From Candidatus Parcubacteria bacterium (GTDB taxonomy: Bacteria; Patescibacteriota; Minisyncoccia; Phycocordibacterales; Zambryskibacteraceae), in assembly GCA_019661865.1 (NCBI GenBank), contig JAIFWJ010000001.1, positions 43,290 to 107,289 on the forward strand: 64,000 nt of DNA, given 5' to 3'. Under the pieces are notes generated by a model. It was not told the DNA's origin. It searched no databases and saw only the letters and a list, made by a program, of their open reading frames with translations. This document shows, piece after piece, positions 36,636-45,330 of the stretch (its first letter is position 1; every line of letters begins with the position of its first letter). The translations under genes and the position numbers were made by a program.

Positions 36636-38108
36636 GTGGCTTCCATTGAAGAGATAAGAGAGGCACGTCTGAGAAAGTTAGAGATTCTCAAGGAGAAGGG
36701 TATTAATCCGTACCCTATTGATTCTCATTTCGATAAAACACTTAAAGAAGTTCTCGGAGAGTTTGAGAGTTTGAAAGATAAAGGCAAGCTTACTCTTCTG
36801 GGACGTATTCTCTCTATTCGTGCACAGGGGAAGATTGTATTTTTCGACATTCACGATGGCACAGGCAAGTTCCAGGGGTTACTTAAGCGGGGAGAACCTA
36901 CTTCCGAGAGCGATTTTGATCTATTCAATGAGACTTTCGACATAGGGGATTTCATAGAGGTTAAAGGCACACTATTTTTAACCAAGAAAGAAGAAAAAAC
37001 TATTTTGGTGGAAAGTCTAAGAATGCTTTCTAAGTCTTTGCGCCCGCTTCCAGAGAAGTGGCATGGTCTCACTGATACCGAAGAGAGATTCAGAAAGAGA
37101 TACCTCGATACTCTCTCGAATGAAGAAGTTAAAACGAGATTCATAACACGTGCCAGGGTGGTGCAAGAGTTAAGAAGAGCACTTGAGGAGAGGGGATTTA
37201 TCGAGACGGAGACTCCGGCCCTCCAGCCACTATATGGCGGAGCATCTGCAGAACCTTTCGTCACTCATCATAATGCACTCGACATGGATCTGTATCTTCG
37301 TATATCTGATGAGCTGTATCTCAAGAGACTTCTTATAGGAGGATTTCCACGAGTGTATGAATTTGCCAGAGATTTCAGAAATGAGGGAATAGACTCCACA
37401 CATAACCCCGAATTTACCATGCTCGAGTTCTATGAAGCATATTCTGATGCAGAAAAGCAGCGTGAGTTTGTGGAAGATATGATAAGAAGAGTGGTGAAGG
37501 CAGTGAGCTCAGACGGGATTATAAATTTTGACGAAAACCGGATTGATTTTAATAGTAAATTTAAAGTAGAGAAGTATGCAGATGTACTCAGTGCTCATAC
37601 AGAGCTTATAGACCCACTTAACGCCACTCGTGAGGACTTGGTGACAGAAGCAGAGAGGCTCGGAGTAGAAGTGGAGCACTCGGACAGCGCAGTGAAGATC
37701 TTAGACGGCATATTTAAGCGTGCCGTGAGACCGAACCTCATGGAGCCTACCTTCCTTATAGATTATCCAGTAGATTATTTGCCACTTACCAAACGCTTAC
37801 CTCTAAGTGATAAGCTTGTGGATGCATTTCAATTTTATGCTGGGAGTTTCGAACTTGTAAAAGCCTTTTCAGAATTAAATGATCCCTTAGATCAGCGTGC
37901 ACGCTTCGAAGCACAGGAGAAAGTGTTAAAGAAAGGGGAAAAGGATGCGCAACCACTCGACGAAGAATTTTTAGAAGCCATGGAATACGGCATGCCGCCA
38001 GCCGGTGGGGTGGGTATTGGTATAGACCGTCTAACCATGCTTCTCACAGGAGCCAGGAACATCAAGGAAGTAATTCTCTTCCCAACACTTCGCCCACGAA
38101 ACGACTAA
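36636..38108 (+). CDS. lysS: Lysine--tRNA ligase (class II), GTG start
   Basis: LPEKWHGL, RKRYLD, FRNEGIDSTHNPEFT, YGMPPAGGVGIGIDRL. Confidence 0.97.
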   Translation: MASIEEIREARLRKLEILKEKGINPYPIDSHFDKTLKEVLGEFESLKDKGKLTLLGRILSIRAQGKIVFFDIHDGTGKFQGLLKRGEPTSESDFDLFNETFDIGDFIEVKGTLFLTKKEEKTILVESLRMLSKSLRPLPEKWHGLTDTEERFRKRYLDTLSNEEVKTRFITRARVVQELRRALEERGFIETETPALQPLYGGASAEPFVTHHNALDMDLYLRISDELYLKRLLIGGFPRVYEFARDFRNEGIDSTHNPEFTMLEFYEAYSDAEKQREFVEDMIRRVVKAVSSDGIINFDENRIDFNSKFKVEKYADVLSAHTELIDPLNATREDLVTEAERLGVEVEHSDSAVKILDGIFKRAVRPNLMEPTFLIDYPVDYLPLTKRLPLSDKLVDAFQFYAGSFELVKAFSELNDPLDQRARFEAQEKVLKKGEKDAQPLDEEFLEAMEYGMPPAGGVGIGIDRLTMLLTGARNIKEVILFPTLRPRND

Positions 38109-38177
38109 TATAGTAAGTTTGACTTGTTTATAATTATTGTGTTATAATAATAAAAGGATATTTCTATGTGAGGTCAA

Positions 38178-38510
38178 ATGGCTGATCTTGTAACGTGGAT
38201 CTATACACCAGATCAAGCTGCGGAAGTGTACATGATGGAAAAGTATAACGGTGCCCATCCGCATGAGATTGATTACGATCCTGTTCAGGAGTTCTGGACA
38301 CCTGTAGGAATTCTACTTTACTTTCTCGTCTATGATCTGGAACGGGTTTATACCTTGGTTCTTGGATTCAAACATGGGGAAGTAAAGAAGCTATCTCACG
38401 GTCGGATGGCAGTGAATTTCGAACCAATTGAAGGTAGAAATGACCGCAAAGAAATTCTCGAAGAATTAAAGCTTGCGCACGCAGTGCTCCCGATTGAGTT
38501 CTACGAGTGA
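38178..38510 (+). CDS. Orphan hypothetical protein, SD-led
   Basis: GAGGT before ATG, TTGACT-N18-TATAAT promoter, terminator 38511-38534. Confidence 0.65.
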   Translation: MADLVTWIYTPDQAAEVYMMEKYNGAHPHEIDYDPVQEFWTPVGILLYFLVYDLERVYTLVLGFKHGEVKKLSHGRMAVNFEPIEGRNDRKEILEELKLAHAVLPIEFYE

Positions 38511-38534
38511 GGCGCTCCAGTGGGGCGCTTTTTT
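38511..38534 (+). terminator. Intrinsic terminator
   Basis: ggcgctcc-agt-ggggcgct followed by a T-run. Confidence 0.75.
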
Positions 38535-38570
38535 ATTTGGAAATGATTTTGAGGTCTTGGCAATAGGAAA

Positions 38571-38639
38571 AGTGGATAACTAGTATAGTCTAGTGGTATC
38601 CAGTGGAATAAAATGGAACCCAGTGGGGGAAAGTGGGAT
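38571..38639 (+). promoter_or_regulatory. MraZ operator: AGTGG-type direct repeats with 10-nt period
   Basis: tagtggtatc cagtggaata aaatggaacc cagtggggga aagtgggata immediately before the mraZ ATG, plus agtgg at 38571. Confidence 0.8.
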
Positions 38640-39074
38640 ATGTTTATCGGCGAATATACACATACGGTTGATGATAAGAATCGCATAAGCCTTCCCGCAA
38701 AGTTCAGGAAGGAACTTGGTGCAAAAATTGTGGTCACTCGCGGATTGGACAATTGTTTATTCCTCTTCCCTCACAAGACCTGGAAGACTATCTCAGAAGA
38801 GTTGTCGAAACTAGGTCTTATGCAAGCAGACACTAGAGGATTCTCTCGCTTCATGTTTAGCGGAGCATCCGAAATAGACGTAGATTCACAAGGCAGAGTG
38901 CTTATACCAGACTTTCTTAAAGACTTTGCCAAACTACAAACCACAGTTGTGTTTGCTGGAGTGCATGATCGTATAGAGATCTGGTCCGATGGTCGCTGGA
39001 ATGAATACAAAAAGCACATCGAGTCCCAGGCCGACATGATGGCTGAGAAGCTAGGCAGTGTCGGTATCAAGTGA
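38640..39074 (+). CDS. mraZ: Transcriptional regulator MraZ
   Basis: MFIGEYTHTVDDKNRISLPAKFR, DSQGRVLIP. Confidence 0.96.
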   Translation: MFIGEYTHTVDDKNRISLPAKFRKELGAKIVVTRGLDNCLFLFPHKTWKTISEELSKLGLMQADTRGFSRFMFSGASEIDVDSQGRVLIPDFLKDFAKLQTTVVFAGVHDRIEIWSDGRWNEYKKHIESQADMMAEKLGSVGIK

Positions 39075-39075
39075 C

Positions 39076-39960
39076 ATGCACACACCCGTACTTCTAAATG
39101 AGAGTCTGGAAATGCTTGCGCTTAAAGGTGGTGACGTCTTCGTTGATGGAACCATTGGTAGCGGCGGGCATAGTGCCGAGGTAGCGAAGCGCTTCGGGGA
39201 TGATATAGAAATAGTCGGTATAGACAGAGACAGAGATGCGCTAGCACGAAGTGAGGAGAGGTTGCGGACTTTAACTCACTCAAGTTACCTCAAGCTTGCG
39301 AGCTTCAAGGACCTGGGGAAAGTTCTCGATGGTCTTGGGATCTCGAGGGCCAGTGCGATACTACTTGATCTTGGAATATCGAGTAACCAGATTGAAGAAT
39401 CTGGTAGAGGATTCTCCTTTCAGAGAGATGAACCTCTGATGATGACTATGTCCAAGGAAAAGGATGAGCTTAACGCTCGTCACATCCTCAACACTTGGGA
39501 TGAGTCAACACTAGAGGTGGTCATCCGCGGATTCGGAGAAGAAAAGTATTCTCGTAAGATAGCGCACGAGATCGTTACGAGAAGAGATAAAAGACCGTTT
39601 GAACGGACTGGTGACCTGGTGGACGCTGTTATGGCTGCCACTCCAGAGAGGTATCATCACGGAAAGACTCATCCTGCTACACGCACATTCCAAGCCATAC
39701 GTATCGCTGTAAATGAAGAACTCACAGTCCTTGAGGAAGGACTTAAGGAGGGCTTCAGAGTGCTTGCTCCCGGAGGAAGGTTGGCTGTCATATCCTTCCA
39801 CAGTCTGGAGGACAGAATTGTAAAAAACTTTTTCAAAGATTTAGCGCAGAAAAATTTGGGGAAACTCATCACCAAGAAGCCTGTCACGCCTAGTGAAGCT
39901 GAGGTGAAGGGGAATCCTCGCTCCCGAAGTGCCAAACTTCGGGCCATAGAAAAAATATGA
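39076..39960 (+). CDS. rsmH: 16S rRNA m4C1402 methyltransferase RsmH
   Basis: MHTPVLL, DGTIGSGGHS, DLGISS, FQAIRIAVNEEL, ISFHSLEDR, NPRSRSAKLR. Confidence 0.96.
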   Translation: MHTPVLLNESLEMLALKGGDVFVDGTIGSGGHSAEVAKRFGDDIEIVGIDRDRDALARSEERLRTLTHSSYLKLASFKDLGKVLDGLGISRASAILLDLGISSNQIEESGRGFSFQRDEPLMMTMSKEKDELNARHILNTWDESTLEVVIRGFGEEKYSRKIAHEIVTRRDKRPFERTGDLVDAVMAATPERYHHGKTHPATRTFQAIRIAVNEELTVLEEGLKEGFRVLAPGGRLAVISFHSLEDRIVKNFFKDLAQKNLGKLITKKPVTPSEAEVKGNPRSRSAKLRAIEKI

Positions 39961-40283
39961 GGCTCTTTACTCAAGTCAGTCAAGCAATTTCTTACGACAC
40001 ACGCAAAAAGATGTTTTGGATTTGTGTGTCGGCAACATTACTTTCACTCGTCATATATATTTATGCGGTTAATTCCGCTGTGCGTAACACAGTGGCGAGG
40101 AAGGATCTAGAGAGTCGGATAGCATTGGTAAGTACTCACTTGAGTGAAATGGAGTTCAAGTATATTAGTCTTAAAAATAAGGTAGACTTGAAGTTAGCCT
40201 TGAACCGAGGTTTCAAGGAAGTGACCACTCCTGTATTCATCTCCCGCTCTTCATCTCGTTCACTCTCGTTCAACACCAAGTAA
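39957..40283 (+). CDS. FtsL-like cell division protein
   Basis: One TM and coiled coil, between rsmH and ftsI. Confidence 0.7.
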   Translation: MRLFTQVSQAISYDTRKKMFWICVSATLLSLVIYIYAVNSAVRNTVARKDLESRIALVSTHLSEMEFKYISLKNKVDLKLALNRGFKEVTTPVFISRSSSRSLSFNTK

Positions 40284-40290
40284 CTAACTT

Positions 40291-42039
40291 ATGAAATATT
40301 CGGCAGGCAGGCTACGCTTTTTTTCGATCTGTATAATAATTTTCGCTATTGTTTTAATCGTGAAGTTATATTTCGTCCAGGTAGTCTCGAGCGATATATA
40401 TAAGGAGAAAGCAGAGCATCAATACGTAGCAGGAGCCAACTACTTCGACCGAGGCACGATCTATTTTTCTTCCAAGGATGGCACCTTAGTTCCGGGAGCG
40501 AGTGTGAAATCCGGATTTGTCCTGGCTATAAATCCTGAAATTCTTACTCTTAATTCTGATACCCAACTACAAGCTATATATGACAAGATTGCTAATACAG
40601 GAGCCATAAATGATAGTGAAGAGTTCTATGCCAAGGTGCACAAGCAAGATGATCCATATGAAGAGCTGGCAAGTAAGCTTTCTACTGAGACCGGACAGCG
40701 TATTGAAAATCTTGAAATACCAGGAGTGACTGTTTATAAAAACAAATGGAGAATTTATCCTGGTGGAAGCATGGCCGCTCAAGCAGTGGGGTTGATTGGC
40801 TACAAGGGCGATGAGCTGGCAGGCAGGTATGGACTTGAAAGGTATTATGAAAACGTATTAAAGAGAAGTGGTGACGAAGCATTCGTAAACTTCTTCGCAG
40901 AAATATTTTCTAATATAAAGAAGTCAGTAACTCCAGGAGACTCTCCAGAGGGAGACATAGTCACGACCATTGAGCCCTCGGTAGAATCTTTCTTGGAAGA
41001 TGAGCTTATTAAGGTCGAGAATACTTACTCATCAGAGTTTAGTGGTGGAGTTATCATAGATCCCAATACCGGGGAGATATACGCTATGGCAGAGAATCCA
41101 ACCTTCAATCCAAACGATCTGAGTTCTGTCGCTGAACCAGAAGTATTTCGAAATAAGTCTATCGAGGACAGGTACGAAATGGGTTCCATCATTAAAGCAC
41201 TCACCATGGCTGCTGGTATCGACACAGGCGCGGTGACACCCACTACCACATATAATGACCCTGGCTGCGAAACACTAAACCGAAAAACTTTTTGTAACTA
41301 CGACGGAGTTTCCCATGGCAACAACCTGACCATGCAAACAGTTCTTAATAAGTCACTTAATACTGGAGTAGCGTTCGTCGTTAGTAAAATGGGGAACTCT
41401 AAGTTCCGAGATTATTTTAAAAATTATGGACTTGGAGACCTTACTGGTATAGATCTGCCGAACGAGGGCAAGTCGCTGGTTTCTAACCTAGACACTGGTC
41501 GTGACTTGGAGTATGCCCAAGCTTCCTTCGGACAAGGTATTGCACTTACGCCCATCGTAACAGTCAGAGCTCTCTCTACACTTGCTAACGGCGGATACCT
41601 TATTACTCCACACTTAGTTAAGGAGGTTGATTATAAAATTGGAACTAAGAAAACTATCGAACCAGAGAAAGGTAGGCAAGTCTTAAAAACTCAGACTACA
41701 GAAACCATATCTAGAATGCTTACAGGTGTAGTAGATAATGCTCTTAAGAACGGTACAGTGCGTTTACCCCATTACTCTGTGGCAGCCAAGACCGGTACCG
41801 CTCAGATTGCCAAACCAGGAGGTGGAGGATACTATGAAGATCGATACCTGCATTCCTTCTTCGGCTACTTCCCCTCATATGATCCTAAATTCTTAATTTT
41901 TCTCTATACTTATTATCCCAAGAATGTCCAATATGCCTCAGAGACCCTCACAGACTCATTTATCGACCTTACTAAGTTCCTCATTAACTATTATTCCATT
42001 CCTCCAGACAGAGACGCACCTCCACCACCTGCACGTTAA
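40291..42039 (+). CDS. ftsI: Cell-division class B penicillin-binding protein (FtsI-like)
   Basis: YEMGSIIK, SLN, KTGTAQ; dcw cluster position. Confidence 0.88.
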   Translation: MKYSAGRLRFFSICIIIFAIVLIVKLYFVQVVSSDIYKEKAEHQYVAGANYFDRGTIYFSSKDGTLVPGASVKSGFVLAINPEILTLNSDTQLQAIYDKIANTGAINDSEEFYAKVHKQDDPYEELASKLSTETGQRIENLEIPGVTVYKNKWRIYPGGSMAAQAVGLIGYKGDELAGRYGLERYYENVLKRSGDEAFVNFFAEIFSNIKKSVTPGDSPEGDIVTTIEPSVESFLEDELIKVENTYSSEFSGGVIIDPNTGEIYAMAENPTFNPNDLSSVAEPEVFRNKSIEDRYEMGSIIKALTMAAGIDTGAVTPTTTYNDPGCETLNRKTFCNYDGVSHGNNLTMQTVLNKSLNTGVAFVVSKMGNSKFRDYFKNYGLGDLTGIDLPNEGKSLVSNLDTGRDLEYAQASFGQGIALTPIVTVRALSTLANGGYLITPHLVKEVDYKIGTKKTIEPEKGRQVLKTQTTETISRMLTGVVDNALKNGTVRLPHYSVAAKTGTAQIAKPGGGGYYEDRYLHSFFGYFPSYDPKFLIFLYTYYPKNVQYASETLTDSFIDLTKFLINYYSIPPDRDAPPPPAR

Positions 42040-42044
42040 TAGTT

Positions 42045-43346
42045 ATGAAGGAGACGATTAAAGGAATAGTTATTTATATTCTTTCGGCCCTCTCGCGTGG
42101 AGTCTTGCGACGCTACCAGCCCAAGATTGTGGCAGTGACTGGTACAGTGGGAAAAACTTCAACTAAAGATGCAATCTATTTCGCTCTAACGCCTTTCGTT
42201 TCTGTCAGAAAAAGTCCGAAGAGCTTTAACAGTGAGCTTGGGGTGCCTCTTACTATCTTAGGTCAGAGGAATCCGGCCAATAATCCCTTAGGTTGGATTA
42301 AAGCAATACTTGATGGTATAGGACTTCTACTCCTGCCGAACCATTATCCCGAGTGGCTTGTGCTTGAAGTAGGGACGGACAGACCGGGGGATATCACCGC
42401 CTTAACTCGCTGGCTCAAGCCAGATATGGTAGTAGTTACCAAACTCTCTAAGGTTCCCGTACATGTAGAAGCTTTTGCTAACCCTGAGGATCTTTTCCGC
42501 GAGAAGGGGAGACTTGTGCAAGCGCTTAAACCTGGTGGAACTCTTATCCTAAACTCCGACGACGAAGATGTCTTGCGTTACAAAAATCTATCAGATGAAA
42601 ATATAATTTTATTTGGTAATGGTAACGGTTCAGACATTTCAGCTACAGGGTACGAGATTCTTTATGATGAAAATAAGATGCCCACTGGTATTAACTTCGC
42701 TGTTACATTCGCTGGTGAGGAGGATAAGCCATTACCCGCTGCCATACTAGGAACTGTAGGACAGCACAACATGTATCAAGTGCTGGCTGCCTTGGCTGTA
42801 GTTCGTGCCATGGGTGAAGATGTGGACTATGCAGCTTCTGCACTTAGACGACTCGAACCTGCACGAGGTAGAATGAGAATAATAGAAGGTATTAAAAGTG
42901 TAACTATTCTTGACGACACTTACAATTCTTCACCTGTTGCTCTGGAAGAAGCGCTGAAGACTCTTAAGAGTATTAAAGCTACTCGGAAGATTGCGGTCTT
43001 GGGTGACATGCTCGAGTTAGGGCGTTTCTCACTTGAAGAGCATAAGAAAGCTGGGGAAAGAGTTAAGAAGAGCGCGGGAGTGCTCCTTACTGTAGGAGTG
43101 CGCTCGAGAGCCATGGTAGAAGGAGCTTTAAGTGCAGGTATGGATGAAGGAAAAATATTCCAGTTCGATGACTCGCGAGAAGCGGGAAAGTTCTTAGAGC
43201 AAATTATGAAGAGAGGGGATCTCGTCTTAGTAAAAGGCTCTCAAGGTATGAGGATGGAGAGAGTAGTGGAGGAAGTGATGCTTCATCCGGAGGAAAAAGA
43301 GAAACTTCTTGCTAGACAAGATAAGGAGTGGCAAAGGAGGGGATAA
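42045..43346 (+). CDS. murF: UDP-MurNAc-tripeptide--D-Ala-D-Ala ligase
   Basis: AVTGTVGKTSTKD, FNSELGVPLT, DDTYNSSP, LGDMLELG, VKGSQG. Confidence 0.92.
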   Translation: MKETIKGIVIYILSALSRGVLRRYQPKIVAVTGTVGKTSTKDAIYFALTPFVSVRKSPKSFNSELGVPLTILGQRNPANNPLGWIKAILDGIGLLLLPNHYPEWLVLEVGTDRPGDITALTRWLKPDMVVVTKLSKVPVHVEAFANPEDLFREKGRLVQALKPGGTLILNSDDEDVLRYKNLSDENIILFGNGNGSDISATGYEILYDENKMPTGINFAVTFAGEEDKPLPAAILGTVGQHNMYQVLAALAVVRAMGEDVDYAASALRRLEPARGRMRIIEGIKSVTILDDTYNSSPVALEEALKTLKSIKATRKIAVLGDMLELGRFSLEEHKKAGERVKKSAGVLLTVGVRSRAMVEGALSAGMDEGKIFQFDDSREAGKFLEQIMKRGDLVLVKGSQGMRMERVVEEVMLHPEEKEKLLARQDKEWQRRG

Positions 43347-43349
43347 AAC

Positions 43350-43369
43350 GTCCCGCAAGCTTGCGGGAC
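43350..43369. terminator. Perfect palindromic hairpin between convergent murF and tRNA-Glu
   Basis: gtcccgcaagcttgcgggac, with an A-run on the left. Confidence 0.55.
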
Positions 43370-43429
43370 ATGTCTCCGACTTCAAAAATTACCCACAGCC
43401 AAAGCAGTTTGCCTGTTTTACATAATTTT

Positions 43430-43501
43430 TGACCCTACGGGGAATCGAACCCCGCTTTGAAGCTTGAGAAGCTTCCGTCCTAGCCGATAGACGATAGGGC
43501 C
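43430..43501 (-). tRNA. tRNA-Glu(CUC), CCA not encoded
   Basis: Acceptor GGCCCTA/TAGGGTC, anticodon arm GAAGC-TTCTCAA-GCTTC, T-loop GGTTCGATTCC. Confidence 0.95.
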
Positions 43502-43566
43502 GTAGTGAGAAAGCATAGCAAATTGGCCGTTTTTATGCTATAGTTTGGGCGGACTTCTTTGGAGGA

Positions 43567-43923
43567 ATGGACATGGATAGACGTAAACGTCTGTGGTTTG
43601 TCGAGCCTTTAGACGAGGATACTAGCAAGGCCATCGCTCGAGTCGTTGCTGAAGAGCTTGATGAGAAGGCTGCACCTCGACGCGTCAAGGGTAGACCAAA
43701 CCCGGTTCCGACCTGGAGGTGCACAGAAATCCAGGCTCGATACTTCGTACGCAGTCGCGTGAGCGAGCACCTCAAGTTCTACCTCTATACTTGCTTGGAG
43801 GGCGACCGTCTCCAAAAGGTTTCTCTGAATCCCGAAAAGAATCAGAGTATCCTCGAGGTTAGGAAGATGGTACAGAACCAGCTTAAGCGTCCGCTTAAGT
43901 ACCCCCCGCAGCTAGTTCGCTAG
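43567..43923 (+). CDS. Orphan basic hypothetical protein, SD-led (start 43567 or 43573)
   Basis: GGAGG SD, TGcTATAGT extended -10, terminator overlapping the stop. Confidence 0.65.
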   Translation: MDMDRRKRLWFVEPLDEDTSKAIARVVAEELDEKAAPRRVKGRPNPVPTWRCTEIQARYFVRSRVSEHLKFYLYTCLEGDRLQKVSLNPEKNQSILEVRKMVQNQLKRPLKYPPQLVR

Positions 43924-43934
43924 TTGCGGTTTTT
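43906..43934 (+). terminator. Intrinsic terminator with the stop codon inside the stem
   Basis: ccgcagctag-ttcg-ctagttgcgg followed by T5. Confidence 0.8.
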
Positions 43935-43950
43935 CTTTTATAATTAGCAC

Positions 43951-44202
43951 ATGACGTTTAAAGAGAAAGTTTATAAAGTAGTAGAAACCATACCCAAGGG
44001 CTCAGTTCTGACATATAAGGAGGTGGCGAGAAAGATTGGCTCACCACGTGCGTTTAGAGCAGTGGGTAATGTACTAAATAAAAATGTAGATCCCAATGTA
44101 CCTTGCCACAGGGTTATAAGAAGTGATGGGAAGATTGGTGGGTACAGAGATGGACACGACTTTAAGGTTGTACGCTTGAGGGCAGAGGGATATGCGTGCT
44201 AA
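43951..44202 (+). CDS. MGMT/Ogt DNA-binding domain protein
   Basis: IPKGSVLTYKEVA, RAVGN, active-site PCHRV. Confidence 0.92.
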   Translation: MTFKEKVYKVVETIPKGSVLTYKEVARKIGSPRAFRAVGNVLNKNVDPNVPCHRVIRSDGKIGGYRDGHDFKVVRLRAEGYAC

Positions 44203-44252
44203 CATTCATTAGACCTGACCTTAAACTCTAAGACCCGAAGGGGGTGAGCAAG

Positions 44253-44570
44253 ATGCCTGCGAGGCGATCTGGGCCATCCACCTGGTGGATTGGTCCTAGA
44301 ATTACCGGGGATAATAAGACCCGAGATGAGCTCATGAAGAAACTCGGTGGATTCGATGGGGTCGAAGTACGAGAGAGATGGAAGAGATGTGGCGTCGACC
44401 AAGGACTTCGTAGTCTCTTGCAATGCGACAGGGAGTTTGCTGACCTGATGCTTAGCATGAGAGGTATGAAGGACCGTGTGCTCGCATTCCGATGGTATGA
44501 AGACGGCACACTCGAGGAGTATTGGCCTCATGGTCGGTCGCCGACTTCCAACTCGGAAGCTGCCGACTAA
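44253..44570 (+). CDS. Orphan hypothetical protein, SD-led
   Basis: GGGGGTGA 5 nt before ATG; terminator aaccgcgccc-ca-gggtgcggtt-ttt at 44569-44593. Confidence 0.6.
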   Translation: MPARRSGPSTWWIGPRITGDNKTRDELMKKLGGFDGVEVRERWKRCGVDQGLRSLLQCDREFADLMLSMRGMKDRVLAFRWYEDGTLEEYWPHGRSPTSNSEAAD

Positions 44571-44615
44571 CCGCGCCCCAGGGTGCGGTTTTTGTTTATT
44601 TGGTAGAATACTGAC

Positions 44616-45086
44616 ATGGGATTTTCACACGAAAGTTATATAAATGAACTGAACTCTGAGTTTCCTGAAGAAATGTCTGCACATGTGGCAGAAGTGATAG
44701 ACCATCCAACTCCTAATGTGTCAGAGGAATATCTCCTAGAATTGTGTGGTGATGACGAAGAATTGAAGGAACTACTTGATGAAATGTTTGAATATTTCTA
44801 CAGATATACCCAGGATGTCTGTCTACAAGAGAGCGAGATTGCCAAGGGTATTACGAGAGAAAATGTTGATGAGATAAATAGAATGGACGAGATGAGGACC
44901 AGACTACATAACAGCATGATTGATTCAGTAAAAATCTTTGCTCGTAATTTACAGAAAAAGGGTAAGAGCGTGGAGTGGCTTACTAGCATTGACAATAGGG
45001 GTAGAGCAGGGTATGCTAGGCTGGCTCTTTTAACCACCTTCCTTGATATTATCAATCGAAGTCAAATTCCAAATCATGGAAGGTAA
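44616..45086 (+). CDS. Acidic helical hypothetical protein
   Basis: 156-aa ORF, TGgTAGAAT 6 nt before ATG. Confidence 0.7.
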   Translation: MGFSHESYINELNSEFPEEMSAHVAEVIDHPTPNVSEEYLLELCGDDEELKELLDEMFEYFYRYTQDVCLQESEIAKGITRENVDEINRMDEMRTRLHNSMIDSVKIFARNLQKKGKSVEWLTSIDNRGRAGYARLALLTTFLDIINRSQIPNHGR

Positions 45087-45288
45087 TTCAATGGAAAATA
45101 TCGGTCGCAAGTCTCTGATCCTGCACTTCGCAAGTTTATGTGCGAAGGAGCTCACTGAAGAAGATCCAGTAAAGCAAGAAAAGATAGAGAAGGAAAAGAA
45201 GGTCATAAGTTCTGGATTAGGAATGGATACTGCTGAGATCATTCTTGAGGCCAGTAATCTGATCACTCCGTCTGAAAATTCTGAATAA
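45076..45288 (+). CDS. Small hypothetical protein (start 45076 or 45091)
   Basis: ORF coupled to the previous gene and followed by terminator 45287-45310. Confidence 0.55.
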   Translation: MEGNSMENIGRKSLILHFASLCAKELTEEDPVKQEKIEKEKKVISSGLGMDTAEIILEASNLITPSENSE

Positions 45289-45330
45289 ACTCGCCTAATG
45301 CGGGTTTTTTGATGTTACAATATTTATGAA

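Noticed and set aside
43350-43429. Palindrome beside the tRNA-Glu 3' end as an att site or REP element
   Set aside because: No duplicate of the tRNA 3' end and no second copy of the palindrome found in the window.
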